DNA from: the human T2T-CHM13v2.0 reference genome, Homo sapiens
NCBI RefSeq assembly: GCF_009914755.1
Contig: NC_060925.1
Reading direction: 5' to 3' (one strand)
DNA: 64,000 nt
Positions within the stretch are counted from its first letter, which is position 1. The number at the start of each line of letters is the position of its first letter. Below are positions 27,114 through 42,850 of the stretch, piece after piece. Made by a program: the position numbers and the translations under genes. The notes beneath the pieces were generated by a model, which was not told where the DNA came from, ran no database searches, and worked only from the letters and a program-made list of their open reading frames with translations.

Positions 27114-27740
27114 AACACACATAGTATGTTAAGTTTTTTCAGTTGGCTTATTTCACTTAGTAATATGCATTTATGGTTTATCCATGTCTTTTTATGCCTT
27201 GATTTATTGCTCATTTCTTTTTATCACTGAGCAGTATTCTATTTTCTGAATATGACAGTTTATTTATCCATCCACATACTGAAGGGCATCTTGTTTGCTT
27301 CCATGTTTTGGCAATTATGAATGCAGCTGCTACAAACATTCATGTGCAAAATTTTGTGTGGACATAGTTTTCAACTCATTTGGGTAAATACTAAAGAATA
27401 CAATTGTGGAAGCATGGGTAGCTTTGTAAGAAACCATCAAACTGTCTTTCAACATAGCTGTATAAGTTTGCATCCCTACCAGCAATGAATGAGAGTTCCT
27501 CATGCTCCACATCCTCACCAGCATTTGATGTTGTCAGTCTTCTGGATTTAAGCAATTTTGTTAGGTATGCCATGATATTTCATTGTTACTTTAATTTGCA
27601 ATCCCCTAATGCCATATGATATAGAACATCTTTTCATATGCTTATTTGTTATCTGTGTATCTTAATTGGGTTGTTAACTTTTTATCATTGAGTTTTAATA
27701 GTTCTTTATATATTTTGTGTAACAGTCTTTTGTCAGATTG
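27114..27740 (-). mobile_element. L1MC1-like element (continuation after THE1B)
   Basis: The sequence resumes (atagtatg...tttcacttagtaatatgcattt...tgaagggcatcttg) where 24535 left off. Confidence 0.85.
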
Positions 27741-29129
27741 CCTTATTTATTCATTTATTTTAATCAATTTATTTGTTTTGATTTCAATAGGTTTTGGGGG
27801 AACAGGTGGTATTTGGTCACATATATAAGTTCTTCAGTGGTGATATCTAAGATTTTGGTGCACCCATCACCCAAACAGTGTACACTGAACACAATGTGTA
27901 GTCTTTTATCTCTCACCTCCAATTATTGATTGATGGGCATTTGGGCAGGTTCCATATTTTTGCAATTGTGAATTGTGATGTTATAAACATGCATATGCAA
28001 GTATCTTTTTCGTATAATGACTTCTTTTCCTCTGGGTACATATCCAGCAGTGGGATTGCTGGATCAAATGGTAGTTCTACTTTTAGTTCTTTAAGGGATC
28101 TTCATACTGTTTTCTAGTGGTTGTACTAATTTACATTCCCACCAGCAGTGTAGAAGTGTTCCCTTTTCACCATATCCATGCCAACATCTACTATTTTTTG
28201 ATTTTTTTATTATGGCCATTTTTGCAGGAGTAAGGTGGCATCACAAAACCACAATGTGGTTTTGATTTGTATTTCTCTGATCATTAGTGATTTTTTAAAA
28301 TATGTTTGATGTCCATTTGCATATCTTCTTTTGAGAATTGTCTATTCTTGTCCTTAGCCCACTTTTTGATGAGATTGCTTTTTTCTTGCTGACTTGAGTT
28401 CCTCGTAGATTCTGGATATTATTCCTTTGTCAGATGTATAGATTGTGAAGATTTTCTCCCACTCTACAGGTTGTCTGTTTACTGATTGTTTCTTTTTCTG
28501 TGCCTTTTAGTTCAATTAAGTTGCATCTATTTATCTTTGTTTTGTTGCATTTACTTTGGGTTCTTGGTCATGAAGTCTGCCTAAGCCAATGTCTAGAAGG
28601 GTTATTCCAATGTTATCTTCTAGAATTTTTATGGTTTCAGGTCTTAGATATAAATGCTTGAGCCATCTTGAGTCGATTTTTGTAAAGTAAGAGATGAGGA
28701 TCCAGTTTCATTCTTCTACATGTGGTTTGCCAATTATCCCAGCACCATTTGTTGAATAGGGGGTCCTTTTCCCACTTCATTTTTGTTTGCTTTGTCAAAG
28801 ATCAGTTGGATGTAAGTATTTGGCTTTATTTCTGGGTTCTACATTCTGTCCATTGGTCTATATGCCTATCTTTATACCAGTAACATGCTGTTTTGGTGAC
28901 TATGGCCTTATAGTATAGTTTGAAGTCAGGTAATGTGATGTCTTCAGATTTGTTCTTTTTGCTTAGTCTTGCTTTGGCTATGAAAGGCTCCTTTTGGGTT
29001 CCACATGAATTTTAGGATTGTTTTTTCTAGTTCTGTGAAGAACGATGGTTGTATTTTTTGGGAATTGCATTGAATTTGCAGATTGCTTTTAGCGGTATGG
29101 TCATTTTCACAATATTGATTCTACCCATC

Positions 29130-29492
29130 TGTATTAGTCCATTCTCATGCTGCTAAGAAAGACATACCTGAGACTGGGTAATTTAGAAAGGAAAGAGGTT
29201 TAATGGATTCACAGTTTCACATGGCTGGCAAGGCCTCTCAATCATGGTGGTAGGTGAAGGAAGAGCAAAGGCATGTCTTACATGGCAGCAGATAAAAGAG
29301 TGTGTGCAAGGGAACTGCCCTTATAAAACCATCATTTCTCATGAGACTTACTCACTAACACAAGAACAGCATGGGAGAAACCTGCCCCTGTGATTCAGTT
29401 ACCTCCCACTGGGTGTCTCCCAGGACACATGGGGATTATGGGCACTATAATTCAAGATAAGTTTTGGGTGGGGGCACATCCAAATCATATCA
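29130..29492 (-). mobile_element. THE1C-like solo LTR
   Basis: tgtattagtcc...aaatcatatca termini; 5-bp TSD ccatc at 29125-29129 and 29493-29497. Confidence 0.9.
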
Positions 29493-30020
29493 CCATCCAT
29501 CAGCATGGAATGTGTTTCCATTTGTTTGTGTCACCTATAATTTTTTTCAGCAATGTTTTGTAGTTTTCTTTGCACAGTTCTTTCACCTCCTTGGTTAGGT
29601 ATATTCCTAAGTTTATTTATTTATTTGAAGCTATTGTAAAAAGGGTTGAGTTCTTGATTTGATTCTCAGCTTAGTCACTGTTTGTGTATAGCAGACCTAC
29701 TGATTTGTGTACATTAATTTTGCATCCTGAAGCTTTGCTGAATTCATTTACCAGTTGCAGGAGCTTTTTGGATAAGTCTTTAGCATTTTCTAGGTATACA
29801 ATTATATCATCAGCAAACAGTGACAGTTTGACTTCCTCTTTGCCAATTTGGATGCCCTTTAATTCTTTCTCTTATCTGATTGCCCTGGCTATGACTTCCA
29901 GTACTATGTTGAATAGAAGTGGTAAGACTGGACATCCTTGTCTTGTTACACTTTTCAAGGGAAATGCTTTCAACTTCTCCTTGTTAAGTATTGTGTTGGC
30001 TGTGGGTTTGTCATAGATGG

Positions 30021-30375
30021 CGATATGGTTTGGCTGTGTCCCCACTCAGATCTCATCTTGAATTTCCAAGTGTTGTGGGAGGGACATGATGGGAGGTAAT
30101 TGAATCATGGGGGCAGGTCTTTTACATGCTGGTCTCATGATAGTGAATAAGTCTCACAAGATCTAATGGCTTTATAAGGTGGAGTTTCCCTGCACAAGCT
30201 CTCTCTTTGACTGCTGCCATCCACGTAAGATGTGACTTGCTCCTCCTTGCCTTCTGCCATGATTGTGAGGCCTCCCCAGTCATGCAAAACTGTAAGTTCA
30301 TTAAATTCTTTTTCCAGTATAAATTACCCAGTCTCAGGTATGTCTTTATCAGCAGTGTGAAAACAAACAAATACA
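30021..30375 (+). mobile_element. THE1B solo LTR
   Basis: cgatatggtttggctgtgtcccc...aaataca; 5-bp TSD gatgg at 30016-30020 and 30376-30380. Confidence 0.92.
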
Positions 30376-32759
30376 GATGGCTTTTATTGCATTAAGTTAT
30401 GTCCCTTCTACGCTGATTTTGCTGAGGGTTTTAATTATAAAAGGATAGTGAATTTTGTGAAATGCTTTTTCTGCATCTATGGAGATGATCATGTGATTTT
30501 TGTTTTTAATTCTGTTTTTGTGGTGTATTACATTTACTAACTTGTGGATGTTAAACTATCCCTGCATCCCTGGTATGGAACCCACTTGATCATGGTGGAT
30601 TATCTTTTTGATACACTGTTGGATTCAGTTAGCTAGTGTTTTGTTATGGATATTTGCACCTATGTTCATCAGAGATATTGGTCTGTGGTTTTCTTTTTTT
30701 TGTTATGTCATTTCCTGGTTTTGGTATTAGGGTGATACTGGCTTCATAGAATGACTTAGGGAGGATTCTCTCTTTCTCTATCTTATGGCATAGTGTCAGT
30801 AGGATTGGTACCAATTTTTCTTTGAATGTCTGATAGAATTCAGCTGTGAATCCATCTGGTCCTGGACTCTATTTTGTTGACAATTGTTTGATTACCATTT
30901 CAGTCTTGCTGCCTGTTATTCGTTCATTCAGAGTTTCTATTTCTTCCTGCTTTAATCTAGAAGGCTTGTATCTTTCCAGGAATTTATCCATCTCCTCTAG
31001 GTTTTCTAGTTTATGCGCATAGAAATGTTCATGGTAGCCTTGAATTATCTTTCATATTTCTCTGTTGTCAGTTTTGATATCTTCCATTCCATTTCTAATT
31101 GAACTTATTTGGATTTTCTGTCTTCTTTTCTTGGTTAATCTTGCTAGTGGTCTATCAATTTTATTTATCTTTTCAAATAACCAGGTTTTGTCTCATTTAT
31201 CTTTTGTATTTTTTTTGTTTCAATTTCATTTAGTTCTGTTTGGATCTTGGTTATTTCCTTTCTTCTGCTGGGTTTGGGTTTGGTTTGTTCTTGTTTCTCT
31301 AGTTCCTTGAGGTGTGACCTTATATTGTCTGTTTGTGCTCTTTCAGACTTTTTGATGTAAGCATTTAGGGCTATGAACTTTCCTCTTGGCACCGCCTTTG
31401 CTGTATCCCAGAGGTTTTGATAGGTTTTGGCACTATTATCATTCAATTCAATGAATTTTTAAATTTCCATCTTGATTTCATTGTTGACCCAAAAATCATT
31501 TGGGAGCAGGTTATTTAATTCCAATGTATTTGCATGGTTCTGAGGGTTCCTTTTCGAGTTGATTTCCAGTTTTATTCCACTGTGATCTGAGAGAGTGCTT
31601 GATATAATTTCAATTTTCTTAAATTTATTGAAACTTGTTTTGTGGCCTGTCATATGGTCTATCTTGGAGAATGTTCCATGTGCTGATAAATAGAATGTAT
31701 ATTCTGTAGTTCTTGGGTAGAATGTTCTGTAAATATCTGTTAAGTTCATTTGTTCTAGGGTGTAGTTTAAATCCATTGTTTCTTTGTTCATTTTCCATCT
31801 TGATGACCTGTCTAGTGCTGTCAGTGGAGTATTGAAATCCCCCACTATTATTGTGTTGCTGTCTATCTCATTTCTTAGGTCTAGAAGTAACTGTTTTATA
31901 AATTTAGGAGCTCCAGTGTCAGATGCATATATTCTTGGGATTGTGATATTTTTCTGTTGGACAAGTCATTTTATCATTATATGATGCCTCTCTGTGTATT
32001 TTTTAACTGCTGTTGCTTTAATGTTTGTTTTGTCTGATGTAAGAGTAGCTGTTCCTGCTTGCTTTTGGTGTTCATTTGTTTGGAATATCTTTTTCCACCC
32101 CTTTACCTTAAGTTTAGAAGAGTCCTTATGTGTCAGGTGAGTCTCTTGAAGACAGCAGATACTTGGTTAGTGAATTCTTATCCATTCTGCCACTCTTTAC
32201 CTTTTATGTGGAACATTTAGGCCATTTATAGTCAATGTTAGTATTGTGATATGAGGTACTATTCTATTATTCCTGTTATTTGTTGTCTGAAAATTTGGTG
32301 TTTTTTAAATTGAGGTTTTGTTTTATAGGTCCTATGAGATTTGTACTTTAAGGAGGTTCTATTTTGGTGTGTTTTGAGGATTTGTTTCAAGATATGGAGC
32401 TACCTCTAGCAGTTCTTATAGTGCTAGCTTGGTAGTACAAATTCTCTCAGCATTTCTTTGTCTGAAAAAGACTATATCTTTCCTTCATTTATGAAGCTTA
32501 GTTTCCCAGGATGCAAAATTCTTGGCTGATAGTTGTTTTGTTTAAGGAGACTGAAAATAGGGCCCAAATCCCTTCTAGCTTGTAAGGATTCTGTTGAGAA
32601 ATCTGTTGTTAATCTGATAGGTTTTCCTTTATAGGTTACCTGGTGCTTTTGCCTCATGGCTTTTAAGATTCTTTCCTTTCATCTTGACTTTAGATACCCT
32701 GATGACTATGTGCCTAGACAATGATCTTTTTGCAATAAATTTCTCAGGTCTTCTTTTAA

Positions 32760-33780
32760 ACTGGCCTTTTTAAATGAATTGTGCTAGTCTTCAGTGAGCA
32801 GTTTGAATATGGAGTCTCTAATTCATTTTTAAGTTCTTGAAAGTTTTCTTGAATTATTTACTTGATAATTTTCTCCTATGTATTTTTTTTTTCAGTTCTG
32901 TTTCTGTAACTACTGTTAGTTTTGTATTAAATAGGAATTTATTCTCTAGATTTCATTTTTACAAACATTCATCTCATTGTCCTTTTATTCCACTTTCTGG
33001 GAGATTTACTTAAATATATCTTCCAATTATTTGACTTTTTAATACTCATCTGTTAATTTTTTTATTTTCAACACTACTTTTGCATTTTCAGATTGTTTCT
33101 TTTTCATAACAACCTGTTCTTATTTTATGGCTACAATATCTTTTATTATTTACATCTATCATTATTTTCTGTTTTCTGCATATATTATGCATGCATTTTT
33201 TTTCTATTTCCTTGTTTTCTGTTTCTTTTGACATTTGACTTTCATTTTGGAAGTTTCCCTCAATTTATGATCATCTTCTGCTGCTGATTCATATTTAAGA
33301 ATAAAGCAAAAAATAAAGACAGATTTTGAAATGTGTTTGAGTGGAAGGTTTTATGTTCACTGTAGCTTGGTCTTGCTGAGCCAGCCCTTTTGGAGGATAC
33401 CTGATTTAGTGTATATAGGTTTTTCTCTAGAGAGACATTGAATTTTTTCAGAAAACACCTCATACTCTTGCTTGGGAACATAACCCTTGCTTCCAGGAGG
33501 CTGAGGATCTCACCATTCTGTGTATGGATTTGGGGCTTTCAGCTACAAGTTGAAAACCAATTCTCCATTGTGTCCGTTGCTCTCTTTATTTCAAGTACTG
33601 AGGGAAAAAATTTTTTGCCTTCTCTCTGGGAGAGGACTACAGTTGCATGCCTATTCTCTAGGTATTGACTTTCAACCAGTACTCTGTTCCTCTTTTACCC
33701 CAGCATTTTGTTGTGCTTTTTAAGATATCCTGGACTCTTAGTCTGACTTACTACCTCTATAAATGAAAATTGCTTGAATT
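32760..33780 (-). mobile_element. Very old L1M/HAL1-like 5'/ORF1-region fragment
   Basis: T-rich degenerate sequence with ttcttgaaagttttcttgaattattt, typical of antisense old L1 ORF1; weak match. Confidence 0.4.
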
Positions 33781-33857
33781 TTCAGAGCCTCTTTACCCTT
33801 ATCTGTAGAATGTCCACCTTAGGAATTGAAAGAATTATTTATGTAAAAATACTTTAT

Positions 33858-34245
<388 letters not shown>

Positions 34246-34273
34246 CTACACTGCTACAGATTTATATGGTCTC

Positions 34274-34465
34274 TTTTTTCGTTTTTCTTTTCTTTCTTTC
34301 TTATTTATTTATTTTTTTGAGTCGGAGTCTCATTCTGTTGCCCAAGTTGGAGTGCAGTGGTGCAATCTCGGCTCATTGTGGCCTCCGCCTCCTGGGTTCA
34401 AGCAATTCTGCCTCAGTGTCCTGAGTAGCTAGGATAAGAAGCATGTTTCACCACACCTGGCTAAT
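34274..34465 (-). mobile_element. AluS right arm only (5'-truncated)
   Basis: T-rich tail, then gagtcggagtctcattctgttgccc...cacacctggctaat; no left arm. Confidence 0.88.
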
Positions 34466-34480
34466 AGATATTTCTTTTAA

Positions 34481-34600
<120 letters not shown>

Positions 34601-34603
34601 TAA

Positions 34604-36631
<2,028 letters not shown>

Positions 36632-37239
36632 ACAATGAGAACACATGGACACAGGAAGGGGAACATCACACTCTGGGGACTGTTGTGGGGTGGGGGGAGG
36701 GGGAGGGATAGCATTGGGAGATATACCTAATGCCAGATGATGAGTTAGTGAGTGCAGCGCACCAACACGGCACATGTGTACATATGTAACTAACCTGCAC
36801 ATTGTGCACATGTACCCTAAAACTTAAAGTATAACAATAATAAATTTAAAAAAAAAAGAAAAAAGGAAAAATAATCTTGTAAAAAAAAAAGTTCACATGA
36901 ATCTTGCATCTTGCTCCATAATTTATCTGTTTTAATGTAAAAATAATGTTCTTCAATCTTTTATCATGGAGCCAAACTGACAATTCAGGAAGATATGTGT
37001 ATTCCTTTTGGGATTTATGTGCCTCCCAGCATATTGGGAGATATCCTTAGCAGTTTATGTACCCCTGTTTAAGTTTTATAGAAATAATCTCTAAGCCATT
37101 AGTTCTGATAAATTTGGTTCCTTCCAATCCTTTGTTTCTAAACTTTGATTCAGGATGATCTGACAAATTAAATAGCACCCTTAAACAATAAGGCATCATG
37201 GCCCAGTATACAGAGAAATATGGAGATAGAATAGAATTG

Positions 37240-38300
<1,061 letters not shown>

Positions 38301-39659
38301 TAAATCTATAGACAAAATAAAAGCTACTTGTTGGCTGTTTTATTGGAAATCACACAACTTGGGAAAGTCTCAAGGATAAATTTTGCTAAATTCTTTGTCC
38401 ACTATTCACTAAGAGGGTCCCTTACCCTTTCTTTTCCTTTGATCATTGGTTATCTGGTTTCACCTGTCAAGAAATAAGCTGCCCTTTGATTGTGGATAAT
38501 AGGTGAGACACCGCAGAATCAAGTTACACTGTTGCATCTGTAAAGTTTCATCACTGTGTGTTTCCAGGAGTCAGGATTTGCCATCAAAGTCAATTGCCGA
38601 ATGACTCTGACTTTATTATTCTTTATTTGCATTAACAATTGCTCTAAGCAGTAACACGATTATAACCCAAAACAGCAGCCTGTTATCTATCATTTATTTG
38701 ATTTAATACATAGAAATGGATGTCTTTCAAAGAGCATTTATTTTTTTCTTCACATTCTCTTCCAAAATCATTCTCAGTGGAAACATTTAGCCTTATAACA
38801 TGGAGGAATTCCTTTGTAAATCCAGTGACTATGTGGGAGACTAAGAATTTCTGATTTTATTAAGTATTTTGGATAAATGGGTAAAGAGAGGAATGGTGGC
38901 AGATTTTACAATGGTTGGTTTAGGCTTCTGTAGGCCTTGAGTAAGGTGAGTAGGAGTAATGCCTGTGGTCATTTCATTTGAATGGCCTATTTATTGAAGT
39001 AAATTCATAGTTCAAAAAGATCCAACTTAGAAAAGCCTGAGGCAGAAATGGAATCCTGGGAGTGCAGATTGGTCATTGTTTTATTTAATCTGATTCCACT
39101 TTATTCTCCTCACGGTGAAATTGTTCTTTATGATACTCTGTATCTACTGGTAGTTCACATCCTTCACAGAATCCTCTAACTATGCAAAACACATAGTGAA
39201 CAGTTATCATTTGAATCTTAGTACAACTTTAATAAGCTGTGTTTTATATTTAAGTAGTTTCTCCCCTGGTGGTTGCCCGTGGCAGACTTTGGAGTTTGAT
39301 AGCTCTTCACTCCCTATTTTATACATCTCTAAGTAATTATACCCTGTGCCCTTAAGCCTCAAAAGCATAAAATTATTTAAAAACATACAATTAAACACTT
39401 CAGATGACAGTGTTAAAACTTCAGAAGAAGACACTCACTTTGGAAGAATGGTGCTTCGTGCTGGAGCCTTTATATCAGCTCCTTCTTCTCCAGAGACTTT
39501 GGGCTGAAGTTTCTGTCTCAGCATGGGCATCTGCCATGCTTGTTACAGGCTCAGGATGACCCAGCCTCAAAATTCTATTAACTTGGGATACCATTTTGCA
39601 AGGGAATTCTTGTCATCAGCTTTGAGGGAGGGGAAGCATAATGATATACCTGATGTTGA

Positions 39660-39870
39660 CAGTAAGTGTTGTAGTGGCAGTGACCACGTGTTATACTCCT
39701 GATGGTATGCTAGGCTCCCTAGGTACATTGTTTTACTTAATCCTATTGAAACCCCACAAGGTGATTGTTATTACCCTCTCATTTTACAGATGGAAAGACT
39801 GGGGCTTAAGTAGTTGTTTGGTTAGTGAGACAGTAAAAAGCAGAATAAGGATCCAGACTTAGGTAAACTG
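39660..39870 (-). mobile_element. MIR
   Basis: ttaatcctattgaaaccccacaaggtg...cattttacagatggaaagactggggcttaag. Confidence 0.7.
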
Positions 39871-40404
39871 ACCACAGTTCTGAAAAAGCAAGCTGGGCAG
39901 GGTCTTGATGGTGCATAGCATGTCTTCAGCATGGTCTCCTCTGGGCAGTGTGTCTGACTTTCCTAGTCAGCCTGACCACATGGCCTCCTGTTTCCTTGGC
40001 ACCCTGTACGTGCTTCTTCTGCAGCTGTTGTCATCGATATGGCAACTCCCTCCAAACCTGTCCCCATCCCCCCAGCCTGTAAACTTCTTGAGAGCAATGA
40101 TGCTGTGTTGTTTACCTCTGTATCTTCAAGACTCAACACAGAACAGGAGTTCAAAGTTTGTGGAATGAATAGTGGAATTAATGGTAAAAAAAAAAATGTG
40201 TACATACGTGAATTAATAGGTTGTTTCCTGCTCTCTCCCCCAACTCTTAATATAAAATGGGCCCAGCCATTTTCATAAGTCCCTGGGTAAATCATTCCAT
40301 TATTTTTCCCTTTACTTTGTTCAGTCCCCATAATTCCTTTTTTAGACTGCCTTGTGCATTCTTATTTTCTACAGTTGGCACTTATCTATGATCCAAGCCA
40401 CATA

Positions 40405-40903
40405 CAGCCTTTTAAAAGTGTGAGATCTTACCCATTAGTAGGTCTTGAAATTAATTTTGAGGGTGGCAGCCAGCATTTTTTTTTTTAAATGAAGAGACTA
40501 GAAAAGAATACAACTTCTCAGCATGCATGGCACATAGAAAGACACAGTATTTGTTTCAGATGGATAGATAAATAGAGGACATATATGTATCACTAGCACT
40601 TGTTTGACCACAAGTCACACACTAGGACATCATTTAAGACAGTGAAAGACATTTAGGCACATAGACACAGTATTTGTTTAAGATGGATAGATAGAGAACA
40701 TGTAAGTATCACTAGCACTGATTAAATATCATACGTGCAGCCATGTTTTAAGAAGGCCAAATGCTGCAGGGATGCTCATTAGGGGAGTGTATTGCAACAA
40801 CCACTATCCACATTTTAAAAAATTGTACATTGTGACCAATTACATATCTGCTGTGTACCAGATTGTACTCTGAAGTATATTCCTTATTGTTGGAAAAACA
40901 CTG
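40405..40903 (+). mobile_element. Old hAT-Charlie-class non-autonomous DNA transposon (subfamily unassigned), internally rearranged
   Basis: acccattagtaggtcttgaaattaatttt...ccagcattttt at the left end and tattccttattg...gaaaaacactg at the right end resemble a Charlie-type MER. Confidence 0.55.
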
Positions 40904-41667
40904 TCCTAAATGACGTCCCAGTGTGTGACTTGTGGTCAAACACCCCTTGCTCTGCTAAAGTAGTTCCTAAAGTCTTATATTTTGTAAAAGCTATTATAAA
41001 ACTGTCACCAAAGTTTAGAAAATTTAATCCCAGTGCAATTATTTTAATGATGTTAAAGTATAAATGCTGCAGAGAATTTAATAGGAAAAACACATAGAAA
41101 GTTCTAAAAATTTTAATAGTGGGAGCTTAACTTTGAGGTTTGCAGAATTATTTTATTTTGTACTCGTCTTTAAATTTGCTTCTCCAAATGTTCACCTAAA
41201 AGTCCCGCTGCTTTAGGTAAATTGCGGGGGCTACATTTATATCAGTCAGTGGCATTCATGTAGGATTTCAACTTCAACTTGCTGTGAAGGAGCCAGACTT
41301 TGCTGTGGAATGCATTCATGTGCAGAGCTGCCTTGCACAGCTCATTGGAGATAAGACAGTTTTGACTTCACATGCCAAACTTTTGTCACTTTGTCTATTT
41401 TCGTATTTCTCTATGACTCTGCAGAGCCAAGCTTTTGATCGGTTGAGCAGCAAATTGAAAATGCTCTTCTTAAAAAATCTAATACTAAAGTGAATACCAA
41501 GCAATACTGCATTTCCTGAAATGAATATTTGTTGAGTGCTTACTCTGAGCTAGCCAATTGTTGTACCCTGGGGTTATAAAAAATGAATGAGATTCACTTT
41601 CTGCTCTGAAGAGTCTTCTGGTCGAGGAGCTTTCCTACCGCAGGGTTTGGATTCATCTTGCTTGGGT

Positions 41668-42090
41668 CTACGGGTAGACTGAAGATCCTTCGTTTGCCCT
41701 CCCAACTCATTCTGGGCCTTTCCCCACCTTTGACCTGTGAGGCTGGTCAATATGGGCTGCAATCGAGGGCTCCCTTGCTGTCTGGCATCTGGTTAGGTTT
41801 AACCAGGGGGAGCACTAGCAGGAACTAGAGGGAAGGAGAATGGAGAGGTTAGCATATGTGTTCTCCCGGCTCCCTCCTTGCAAGGTCACCCAGGTTGGCT
41901 CTGTCTCTCTACTAAAAGTCACAGCTTCATTCAGGTGTCCTCTCCACACTGTTCTTTCTGTTTCCATGTTCTAGTGACTGCTCCCTCCCCTAGCTTGCCC
42001 TCCTTTCCCCTATAGGGTACTGTGCCATCCCTTGTGGTTTTGCTATACCCTCACCACAAACTCCTAAATCACCCTTTTGACACTGACTTA
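41668..42090 (+). mobile_element. LTR33-like ERVL solo LTR
   Basis: gggctcccttgctgtctggcatctggttaggtttaaccagggg...cagg...agagggaaggaga...ggctccctccttgc. Confidence 0.7.
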
Positions 42091-42599
42091 GTACCTCACT
42101 GAACACGACTTTACTCTGAACTTTTTCCTTTAGGTCCTTTCAGTGCTCTTGACTTATGCCTTAGCTAATTTTCTGCCATGATTTCAAAAGACTTACGTAT
42201 TTGTACGTTTCCAGGAAGCCATCTTATTAATCAATATGGAAAGTTATTTAAAACCACAACCTCTGGTTCTTACAAATATGTGTTAGCTCTATGAAATTGA
42301 TACTTGGAAAGCTCAATAACTATTTATAACTGTGGGTGATGTTGATCATGACCCATCAATAGGTCAGAGCCTTCATTGTTAATTACCTAGTTCACTAGGC
42401 TTTGTTACAGGCTGGATGGAGGTAGGTATCCCGGGAGGAATAGTCTTACAGAATAGTAGGAGAACTTACCACTTTGCTGACAAGTTGACCACCAGTCCCC
42501 ACTTTGTGAGTCCTATTTTAAGTGTTGCCATCTGTTCTCAGAAAAGAATTAAAAAGGATGAGATAATCATTTAAGCCCCTGGCAACAGCAATAGCTGAG

Positions 42600-42850
42600 T
42601 AAGTGGTCATTTATTCATTGCCTCTGTATATCAGGCATTCTACTTCACAAGCATCCTACTAGAATCTTTAAATTATCATTATATTTAACAATTACAATTA
42701 CCCTACGAGGTCATTCTTAATTCCACTTTATAGACAGAGAAGCTGGGAGTAAAAGAATGTAGGTGACTTTCCCAGGGAAGCACAGCTGGTTATTTCCAGA
42801 GCTATGATTTGAACCCAGCTCCATCAAACTCAGAAGTATTCCTCCCACTA
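42600..42850 (-). mobile_element. MIR
   Basis: ccactttatagacagagaagctgggag...gtgactttcccagggaagcacagctgg...gatttgaacccag. Confidence 0.7.

Larger units (their letters stand above)
27750..32750 (-). mobile_element. L1PB (L1PB1-like), about 4.3 kb from ORF1 to 3' end, disrupted, with two THE1 solo LTRs inside
   Basis: L1PB 3' end (ttcaataggttttgggggaacaggtgg); ORF2 endonuclease peptides 31459-31845 (GDFNTPL..., SKIDH, SDHSGIKLE); ORF1 peptide 32472-32657 (VTYKGKPIRLTTDFS). Confidence 0.92.

Noticed and set aside
24531-27118. TSD for the full-length THE1B
   Set aside because: The flanks (gagtc / aacac) do not match, so no TSD is claimed; probably decayed.
36688-36718. G-quadruplex-forming G tract
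   Set aside because: A standard part of the L1PA 3' UTR, not specific to this locus.
40529-40719. Repeat-spacer-repeat resembling a CRISPR unit
   Set aside because: Only two diverged repeats of about 65-70 bp, eukaryotic context, no cas genes; the spacer is explained as a local inverted copy.
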